From: an uncultured Verrucomicrobiae bacterium
Lineage (GTDB): Bacteria; Verrucomicrobiota; Verrucomicrobiia; Limisphaerales; UBA11358
Length of the DNA stretch: 64,000 nt
Assembly: GCA_963797825.1 (NCBI GenBank)
Contig: CAWCRR010000041.1
Location: forward strand, 24,436 to 88,435
Direction: 5' to 3'
This document shows, piece after piece, positions 53,597-60,536 of the stretch. A program made the position numbers and the translations under genes. Every line of letters starts with the position of its first letter. Within the stretch, counting starts at the first letter, position 1. Below the pieces are notes generated by a model. It worked only from the letters and a program-made list of their open reading frames with translations. It had not been told where the DNA came from and did no database searches.

Positions 53597-53945
53597 CTTT
53601 CCATGAACCTTGGGGAACCCTCACCTCACCCTGACCCTCTCCCCTCCCATCAGACCCGCCTTCGCCCACGGCTACGGCGGGGCAGGCCCGCCTTCGCCTG
53701 GCTACGGCGCGGCAAGTGGGAGCGGAGAGGGAACAGCAGGCGGATGCTCGTTGTAGCTCTAATACACGGCAGCAAGCGGTTGGTTCATCCGTCTTCGCTG
53801 CGCTTCCGCCGCCGCTAAAGCTTCCATCTTCGCTAAAGCTACGACGGACGTGATGGCGAGACAAGTTGACGCGACAAGCGGGTTCAATGCGCGAAATGAA
53901 TCGGGGAATTCTCTCCCCGTTGAGGGGAGAGGGAACAGGGAATGG
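53597..53945 (+). repeat. Family A repeat, full copy
   Basis: It matches 49486-49800 and the reverse complement of 16640-16868. Confidence 0.8.
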
Positions 53946-54028
53946 ACGTTTTAATATTAAGCGGTGAGGCTTCAAAGACATACGCAGACTATTTGAAACA
54001 TCCTGACCGATACGGATACTAACAAAGG

Positions 54029-55324
54029 CTACTTGGCTTTCGGCTGGAAAAAGGAAAACCAGACGGCAATTGCCAGCAGGAGGAGATTAAAACCGCCGAG
54101 GACTTGTAACGCCATTTCCATGACCTTTACATCCGGGATATGGCCATAATATCGATGCAGCACGGCGGGGAGGGTGAATCCATAGGCAAGGGCGAGCAAG
54201 ACCATCGGTGGAACGATCTTGAATTTCCCGCGCGCCAACAAATCGTTGACGAGCACATTTCCCAGGGCCAGCGGAATCATCGCGCCGGCATACCAGGGCA
54301 GAAGCGCGGTGGTTTCGTCAATATAGGCGCTTTTGAAAACAATTTTCACGGCCAGAGGCCCGACCAGGCATAAGCCGACCGTGCAAATGCCCGCAAGTAT
54401 TCCGGTGCCAATCAAAACGATGCCGAGCAGATTGCTTTTTTCCGATTTCGCGGTGGCATGGACGATTTTGGGGAACATCACGGCCGCCAGGGGAAGCACC
54501 AGCCAGAGCAGCGCCCGCGACAATGTCCCGGCCGCGACGTAGGGCGCCATTTCATCACTGGAGAAAAACGCCATGCAATAGATGGTATCCGTGGTGAAGA
54601 GGAATTGGCACGCGCCAAAGCCGAGAAATAACGGAACGACCTGCCGCAGCAAAGGGCCGCCGTCGAATTTTTCAGGTTTGGCCGTCCACAAATCGCGCGA
54701 ACGCCACATCCCGATGAATGCCCACGCGCCGATGCCGCACACCGCGCCGAGAACCATCCCGGTGGCCCCGCTGCCGAGGGCCAGGACCATGAAGATGGCG
54801 ATGAAGGAGCGCCCGGCGCCGTTGGCAATCGTCCCCCAACCGAGCCAAAAGAAATCCTGCCGCCCTTGTAGGACGCCGGCGAACAGTGGCATCCATAGAT
54901 TCATCAGCACCGCTGCCAGGGTCACATACAAAATATTCGAGCCGGGCAATTTCCATTCCTGGATGATCCGGCCCTGGTAGAAACAAATGACAGAGGCAGC
55001 GACCGCCCAGATGATAAAGGTCCAGAGCCAGCCCAGCCGGATCATCCCGGCGAGCTGCCGTTCGCGGCTGGTCACCAGCGCTTGCGCGGTTTGCTGCGCG
55101 TAAACCATCTGCAAGGGGATCGTCGGGATGCACGCCGTAACCATCAGCATCGTCCCAAAGATGCTGTATTGGGCCTCGGGAATCCGCTTGGAGAGAAAAT
55201 GGACGCCGAGGGTGAGGATGCCCGAGATGATATTGGCCATCATGAGCCAGCCGCTTTGGCGAAAGAATGCCGCGTGCGGTTTATGATCAACGGTCGGGAT
55301 GCCGGCAATTTTTTCAGCGGACAT
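54029..55324 (-). CDS. Polysaccharide/oligosaccharide flippase (MOP superfamily, Wzx-like)
   Basis: 431 aa with 12 or more TM helices. Composition and topology fit polysaccharide biosynthesis flippases. No soluble domain is present. Confidence 0.6.
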   Translation of the reverse strand: MSAEKIAGIPTVDHKPHAAFFRQSGWLMMANIISGILTLGVHFLSKRIPEAQYSIFGTMLMVTACIPTIPLQMVYAQQTAQALVTSRERQLAGMIRLGWLWTFIIWAVAASVICFYQGRIIQEWKLPGSNILYVTLAAVLMNLWMPLFAGVLQGRQDFFWLGWGTIANGAGRSFIAIFMVLALGSGATGMVLGAVCGIGAWAFIGMWRSRDLWTAKPEKFDGGPLLRQVVPLFLGFGACQFLFTTDTIYCMAFFSSDEMAPYVAAGTLSRALLWLVLPLAAVMFPKIVHATAKSEKSNLLGIVLIGTGILAGICTVGLCLVGPLAVKIVFKSAYIDETTALLPWYAGAMIPLALGNVLVNDLLARGKFKIVPPMVLLALAYGFTLPAVLHRYYGHIPDVKVMEMALQVLGGFNLLLLAIAVWFSFFQPKAK

Positions 55325-55377
55325 TGGCGCGCCAAGAGTGCCGGAAGGGGAAGAGATTTACAATGCCGTTCGGTGGC

Positions 55378-55525
55378 GTAGGGCAGGCATCCTGCCTGCC
55401 GGTGAGAGCGGCTTCCAGCCGCGAGTTTTGACGCCGCCTCACAATGGTAATTTCCTTCGGCGCGACACTGTTTGCAACTTCGGGCAGGATGCCCGAAGAA
55501 CCGGCAGGCTGGAAGCCTGCCCTAC
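55378..55525 (+). repeat. REP doublet (family C) downstream of the RAYT gene
   Basis: gtagggcaggcatcctgcctgccgg ... ccggcaggctggaagcctgccctac is an inverted pair of GTAG-type REPs around a spacer of about 95 nt. The same 150-nt unit lies in the same orientation at 56161-56313. Confidence 0.85.
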
Positions 55526-55532
55526 ATCATGC

Positions 55533-56258
55533 CTACATCGGCGGACAGTATGCACTGCTCCATTGCCAGTCTTCGGGGCGCGTGCAAAGCCTGGCGCTGA
55601 CCGGGTTGTTTACCGTGTAAGCCGCGCAACGTAAACGATCGTCATCATCACGAATGAGATGATCATAGGACTCGGTTTGCCAGAAGATGCCCGAACGGCC
55701 CAAAAATTTGTTGGCCGCTTTGGACGTAAACGATTTCCAACTGTGCAATATGCGGCTCAACGTCTCCGTTTGACGCGGCCAGACAACGACATGCACATGA
55801 TTCGGCATAATCACCCACGAACGCAGGTCGTAGCGTTGCCCGTCGAAGAATTTCAGCGCCTCAGCGACGACCTTTGCGATTTCCGGCTGGCGAAGAAAAC
55901 AATCTCCATGCCCGGCGTCGAGATAGGCGTCCACGCGGGCGGAATACCAGCGGAATAGCTCCTCTTGTTCCCGCCAGGTGAGCGGGCGTTTGGCGGCAAG
56001 CGCGTGTTGGAGTATCTGCTCGCGCTCCTCTCTGAATTTTTGCAGGACACTTGCGGGCAACGTGCCGGCCAGCCGGAATGTGACAAAGTAGCTGCTACCT
56101 TCCCTTTTCAGATGTGGCAGATGATCGCGCGAATGGAAGCCGGCGGTGAGTCGGCGCGGCGTAGGGCAGGCATCTTGCCTGCCGGTGGCAGCGGCTTCCA
56201 GCCGCGATGTTCGAGCACCGCTTTTCTGCCGCGATGTATTATCCGATGGCATAATCAT
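55533..56258 (-). CDS. REP-associated tyrosine transposase (RAYT, IS200/IS605 Y1 superfamily)
   Basis: It has HLPHL..SYFVTFRL, the HUH motif MPNHVHVVV, and WQ..SYDHLIRD with the catalytic Tyr region. The ORF's first 30 or so codons run into the upstream REP doublet, so the start is uncertain. Confidence 0.85.
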   Translation of the reverse strand: MIMPSDNTSRQKSGARTSRLEAAATGRQDACPTPRRLTAGFHSRDHLPHLKREGSSYFVTFRLAGTLPASVLQKFREEREQILQHALAAKRPLTWREQEELFRWYSARVDAYLDAGHGDCFLRQPEIAKVVAEALKFFDGQRYDLRSWVIMPNHVHVVVWPRQTETLSRILHSWKSFTSKAANKFLGRSGIFWQTESYDHLIRDDDDRLRCAAYTVNNPVSARLCTRPEDWQWSSAYCPPM

Positions 56259-56313
56259 TCAACGACTTCGGGCAGGATGCCCGAAGAACCGGCAGGCTGG
56301 AAGCCTGCCCTAC
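56161..56313 (+). repeat. REP doublet (family C) upstream of the RAYT gene
   Basis: This is a direct copy of 55378-55525. The outer REP arms are near-identical and the spacer has diverged. Confidence 0.85.
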
Positions 56314-56316
56314 ATT

Positions 56317-57471
56317 TCAGGGCAACGACCGGAGGTATTTCAAAATCAAATTTTTTCCGCGTTCCAGCTCTGAAAGGGAGATCCATTCGTCGGCCGTGTG
56401 CGCCTGGGCCACGTTGCCGGGACCGAAAACCACGCTGGGGATGCCCCCGGACGACAGGATCGCCGCATCACAGAAAAAATGGACGCCCGCGGCTTTTTTT
56501 TGGCCGAGAGCCTCCATAAATCCGCGGACCAGCGGCAGTTTGGGATTGGTTTCCAGGGGCAGGGCCGGCGCCAGTTTTTTTACCGCGAGGGTGGCGTGGA
56601 AATTTTTTGACCGGAGAAGTTTTTGAAGCTCGCGTTTCACGCCGGCATCCGTTTCCCCGGGCATGGTGCGGCGGTCGATGGTGATGGTGCAACGGTCCGG
56701 CACGATGTTCGGTTGCCGTCCGCCACAGATTACACCCACGTTCACTGTGGCGTGCCCGAGCAATTTGTGTGTGCAGCGCCGCAAACGCGACGCGTAATCC
56801 GTTTGGAGGTAATTAACGAGGTGCGCCATTTCGTGGATGGCATTTTTGCCGAGATGCGGTGTCGAGCCATGCGCGGCCACGCCACGCGTTTCAAGCTCCA
56901 GCCAAAGATTGCCCTTATGCGCGGTGACCACTTGCAATCCGGTCGGTTCCCCGACAATGGCCAGGCTGGCTTTTAGCGGCGTGGTTTTTTTCGATCCCTG
57001 GCCAACCAATGCACGAGAGCCGGCTTGCGCATGCTCCTCATCGATCAGGCCGGCGAAAATGATTTCCGTCTCCGATGGACGTGATTTTCCCTCCGCCAAT
57101 TCGCATAGCGCGGTGAGCATGGCGGCGACGGAGCCTTTGGTATCGCACGCGCCACGGCCATGGAGGCGGCCATGCTTGCGGCGTGGGGTAAAGCCTTCGG
57201 CGTTGACGGTATCCAGATGCGGCGCGAGCAAGATGGTGAGGCGGGTTTTCCCCGAGGGCAGCAAGCGCGCTATAAAATTTGGCCGCCCGGGCAGCACCGG
57301 TTGAAATTCAATCTCCAACCCGGCGCGCGAGGCGATGGCCGCCAGGAATTCCGCGACGTTCCGCTCGCCGAACTTATGGCCGCTGCGGACCGCGCTGTCC
57401 TGCCCGGCGAAGGCGGGGTTGACGCTCGGCAGCGCGATGAGTTCGGCCAGCAGCTTTTCGGTGCGCGTCAT
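56317..57471 (-). CDS. M20-family metallopeptidase (ArgE/DapE-like deacylase)
   Basis: 384 aa from the ATG at 57471 (MTRTEKLLAELIALPSVNP). It has LAPHLDTV, HGRGACDTKG and the LIDEE metal-ligand blocks. Confidence 0.8.
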   Translation of the reverse strand: MTRTEKLLAELIALPSVNPAFAGQDSAVRSGHKFGERNVAEFLAAIASRAGLEIEFQPVLPGRPNFIARLLPSGKTRLTILLAPHLDTVNAEGFTPRRKHGRLHGRGACDTKGSVAAMLTALCELAEGKSRPSETEIIFAGLIDEEHAQAGSRALVGQGSKKTTPLKASLAIVGEPTGLQVVTAHKGNLWLELETRGVAAHGSTPHLGKNAIHEMAHLVNYLQTDYASRLRRCTHKLLGHATVNVGVICGGRQPNIVPDRCTITIDRRTMPGETDAGVKRELQKLLRSKNFHATLAVKKLAPALPLETNPKLPLVRGFMEALGQKKAAGVHFFCDAAILSSGGIPSVVFGPGNVAQAHTADEWISLSELERGKNLILKYLRSLP

Positions 57472-57536
57472 GCGCGCAGGGTAACGGTTTGCGCTCCTGA
57501 AAATCAATGTTTGATGCGTGAGGGCGCACCCAAAGG

Positions 57537-57705
57537 GCGCATCTTGACTGTCCTTGGTAGGGACGGCGCGCTGCGCCGTCCGCGCCGCGTCCAGCGGCGC
57601 AACCGTATGTGTAAACATTAGACATTCGTTCCGCCCGCTCTGCGCGGGCGGGGACATCGCAGCGCGATGTCCCTACCAAATCAAGGACAGTGTCAAGATG
57701 CGCCC
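57537..57705. repeat. TIR-bounded REP composite (family B), sister of 50989-51167
   Basis: ggcgcatcttgactgtccttggtagggac at the left faces gtccctaccaaatcaaggacagtgtcaagatgcgcc at the right. The flanks cacccaaag and cacccaag may be a target duplication. Confidence 0.75.
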
Positions 57706-57787
57706 CACCCAAGCGGTTGACGAGGGCGTCAACCGCTGCACGCGAGGGCGCGTGCGCTCCCCCCGGTTGATCTGAGTTTGCGAAAAA

Positions 57788-58372
57788 TTAGGGTGCGGGT
57801 TTGCGGCTGGCGATGACCATCAACAAGGACAAAATCGCAAAGACCGCCGGGGAAAAACGCTCCTCCACCGTCATCGCGGCGCCGCCCGCAAAGGACAGAG
57901 TGTTGGTCAATACGAACCCCACCCAGACGTTACCGACGGCACGCTGCGGATGGCGCCACAGCTCGATAAATCCGGGGACCGTGGCGAACGTGGTCGCGAG
58001 CGTGGCAAAGATGATCGCGGTGCGCGCCCCGCCTAAGCCCCATCCGGCCAGGCAAACCAAGACCAGCGCCAGGACCACGCTGTCCAATCGGCCCCAGGCA
58101 AACCGCCCCTTCATGATGAGCAATCCAGTGAGAATCCAGCCGCCCATGGCATATCCCAACGGCAAAAGAAAATTCCCATGCTGGACGATGGTGCTGGCGG
58201 CGAGAATGGAATCGAGCATGGCCCAGAGCAGCCAGGTGGAAAAACTTTGGCCGTCGCCGTTGCGTTTGATGACTTCCAGTGACATCGGAATGAACATCAG
58301 CAAGGTGCCGGCGCCGCCGGCAATTTTTAAGGCTTCATGAATTTCCATCCGCGACAATATATCGTTGAACAT
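57788..58372 (-). CDS. Hypothetical polytopic membrane protein
   Basis: It has about seven hydrophobic helices. I recognised no family. The start is ambiguous (ATG at 58372 or 58348; the ORF opens at 58459). Confidence 0.45.
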   Translation of the reverse strand: MFNDILSRMEIHEALKIAGGAGTLLMFIPMSLEVIKRNGDGQSFSTWLLWAMLDSILAASTIVQHGNFLLPLGYAMGGWILTGLLIMKGRFAWGRLDSVVLALVLVCLAGWGLGGARTAIIFATLATTFATVPGFIELWRHPQRAVGNVWVGFVLTNTLSFAGGAAMTVEERFSPAVFAILSLLMVIASRKPAP

Positions 58373-58434
58373 ATTTACGTCGAGACTCGTCAGAATTACT
58401 GGACAGCGTAATTTTCTGATGCAAAAATAAACCA

Positions 58435-58857
58435 GTGAAACAGAAGCGGGAAAGAACAAGAGCCATCCTATTGGTTGAAGCCTCCGGCTTCTCCTTCATG
58501 ATCGCCATGTCCTGGCTCACGGAATTGTTTCGCATCCCGCACTATCTTTTTGGCGAGCCATTCGCGCCGGATTGGCGGCGCGCGATCTTGCGCACGGTGG
58601 TCTTGTTGTTGATTTGGGCGTGGGTCCATTTTCTGACGCGGCGGCTGCTGAAGCGTTTGCATCATCTGGAGGAATATTTGCGGATCTGCGGCTGGTGCCG
58701 CAAGGTCTGTCACGAGGGCGAATGGATGGAAATGGAGAAGTATTTTAAATCCAAATTTGCCACGAAAACATCCCACGGCATGTGCCCGGAATGCCTGGCC
58801 AGGAAAAAAATCGAATTGACGCCGGGAGAAACGCCGACGGTAACACCCGCCCCATAG
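58435..58857 (+). CDS. Hypothetical membrane protein with C-terminal CxxC...CxxC zinc-ribbon-like motif
   Basis: 140 aa with two TM helices, then ICGWCRKVCHEGEW....SHGMCPEC. Confidence 0.45.
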   Translation: MKQKRERTRAILLVEASGFSFMIAMSWLTELFRIPHYLFGEPFAPDWRRAILRTVVLLLIWAWVHFLTRRLLKRLHHLEEYLRICGWCRKVCHEGEWMEMEKYFKSKFATKTSHGMCPECLARKKIELTPGETPTVTPAP

Positions 58858-58905
58858 TTTTACGCTGCGGCCTTTGCAACCCGGCTCGGCCTTATTTCGA
58901 GAAAA

Positions 58906-59392
58906 TCAATTGTATTCGCCGGTCGCCTGGCGGCAATCTGCCAGCAATTCATCTTCTTTTGTGGCGAGAAGATAATTTTTGGCCATGCGAAAATTTTTCT
59001 TTGCTTCCTGAGCATCTCCCTGTTTCGCCAGCACGCAACAAAGATAGGCGCGAGCGATGCTTAAATGCCCGTCCTTAAACGGCCGCCACTTCACCTTATC
59101 AACGAGACTGATCGCGGTTTCAAGATCGCGCTTCGCCGAGGCATAGTCGCCTTCCAGATAAGCGATGACGCCCAAACAGCGAAGGCGAAAGGGCTTGGCA
59201 ATTTCTGTCATTGGGCTTTTATCCGCTTCGGCCATAGCTTCCCGGGCCTTGTTGGAATTGCGTGCATAGCTGTAATTCGGAAAAACCATCAGCCAATAAC
59301 ATCGCCTTCGCTTCATTGGCGCTATCGGCGGTAATCTCTCTGATTACGGTTTTCCCAAAACGGTCTTTGGCAGTCCAAACATAATCGGGCAT
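58906..59392 (-). pseudogene. TPR-like small protein, possibly frameshifted
   Basis: ORF 59219..59425 (from the ATG at 59392, with a GGAGG upstream) and ORF 58906..59316 overlap in different frames. The latter has TPR-like helices (GDYASAKRDLETAISL, ARAYLCCVLAKQGDAQEAKKNF). They could also be two separate genes. Confidence 0.3.
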
Positions 59393-59414
59393 ATTTCCTC
59401 CGGAAGAGTTTTGT

Positions 59415-59759
59415 TTAGGGCACACGTCGCCTCTTAAAAATCAGTTCGACAATAAAAGCCCAAAATAATCCGGCCAGAACGCTGCCAACTAAAAGCCACA
59501 CTGGTGGGTCAGCAGGTATCAACGCCCCAGCAACCACCACTGGCCATGCAAACACGAACCATGTGATAACAACCACCCTTCCAAAAACCGAATCATCGCC
59601 GGGAATCATAAGACTTGTAACAAAGATGGTTGCCGTCACACAGACTGCGACAATGATAAAACGCATCCATTTGTCTGAAGACCTATCGCAGGCCCGAATG
59701 GTTGCGAAGAACTTTCTCACTAGTTTTTGGCGCGCTAATTTGTCTAAAAGTGGTTCCAT
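59415..59759 (-). CDS. Hypothetical three-TM membrane protein
   Basis: 114-aa ORF with three hydrophobic helices. No motif was recognised. Confidence 0.35.
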   Translation of the reverse strand: MEPLLDKLARQKLVRKFFATIRACDRSSDKWMRFIIVAVCVTATIFVTSLMIPGDDSVFGRVVVITWFVFAWPVVVAGALIPADPPVWLLVGSVLAGLFWAFIVELIFKRRRVP

Positions 59760-59867
59760 AATCAGTGTGGCCTAATGTTCCAAAGCTGAGCTGCGGGGTG
59801 GGAAACGGCAAGCTCAAAATCATCACAATCTAATCACACACGACCGAAAGGTTCAACCGTCCCGGTA

Positions 59868-59896
59868 TTGACTTGATGTCAAAATGGTAATACCAT
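59868..59896 (+). promoter_or_regulatory. Putative promoter/operator of the RHH-PIN operon
   Basis: TTGACT lies at 59868-59873 inside the palindrome ttgac-ttgat-gtcaa. The perfect palindrome atggta-a-taccat (59884-59896) ends 6 nt before the ATG. Confidence 0.4.
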
Positions 59897-59902
59897 TAGG
59901 GT

Positions 59903-60130
59903 ATGGAAACGGTCACGTTAAAAATGGATCGCCGGCACGTCGCCTTTTTGAATGAGCGCGCAAAAAAGCTGGGCCGCTCGCGCGCAGCGGTTGTCCGTGA
60001 TCTGATTGACGAGCATTTGATGCCGAAAAAGCGGCCGTCGCTGTTTGACTTGACCAAAGATCTCTGCGGCAGCGTGCGCGGGCCAAAGGATTTGTCCACG
60101 CGGCCTTTGACGGGCTATGGCCGCGACTAG
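59903..60130 (+). CDS. Ribbon-helix-helix (CopG-like) antitoxin
   Basis: 75 aa. VTLKMDRRHVAFLNERAKKLGRSRAAVVRDLIDEHL fits a beta-strand, helix, helix pattern. It overlaps the PIN gene by 14 nt. Confidence 0.7.
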   Translation: METVTLKMDRRHVAFLNERAKKLGRSRAAVVRDLIDEHLMPKKRPSLFDLTKDLCGSVRGPKDLSTRPLTGYGRD

Positions 60131-60536
60131 AATTTTTGCCGACACAGGCCCGCTCGTTGCGTACGTCAGCGGGACCGACCAATATCATCGCTGGGCCTAT
60201 GCGACTTTTGGCTCGTTCTACGAACCCATTTACACCTGTGAAGCCGTGATTTCAGAAGTTCTCTTTTTGTTACGCTCGGCGGATTTGGGAACTGAACCGT
60301 TTTTGCAAATGTTGGAACGCGGCGCGGTGCGACTCGATTTCAGCGTGGAAGAAAATCGTGCCGACATTTTGAACCTGCTGCGCAAATACGCCGACCAACC
60401 GATGAGCCTGGCCGACGCCTGCCTTGTGCGCATGGCGGAATTGCATGACCGCTGCCAGATATTGACCGCGGACAAGGATTTTTCAGTTTATCGCCGGAAG
60501 GGACGGGGTGTGATCCCGTTGCTCGCGCCATTTTGA
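60117..60536 (+). CDS. vapC: PIN-domain toxin (VapC family)
   Basis: 139 aa. IFADTGPLVAY carries the first Asp, EAVISEV the Glu, and LADACLV and LTADKDF the remaining acidic residues. Confidence 0.8.
   Translation: MAATRIFADTGPLVAYVSGTDQYHRWAYATFGSFYEPIYTCEAVISEVLFLLRSADLGTEPFLQMLERGAVRLDFSVEENRADILNLLRKYADQPMSLADACLVRMAELHDRCQILTADKDFSVYRRKGRGVIPLLAPF

Noticed and set aside
53225-53981. ORFs translated from repeat families: 16567..17373, 49453..49731, 53225..53482, 53498..53818, 53589..53981 and 48862..49167.
   Set aside because: Their sequences are made of REP, family A or family D DNA (the recurring peptides LTLTLSP, PHPDPLPSHPTG, GTARCAVRA). They occur on both strands of the same repeats and lack start context, so they are treated as non-coding repeats.
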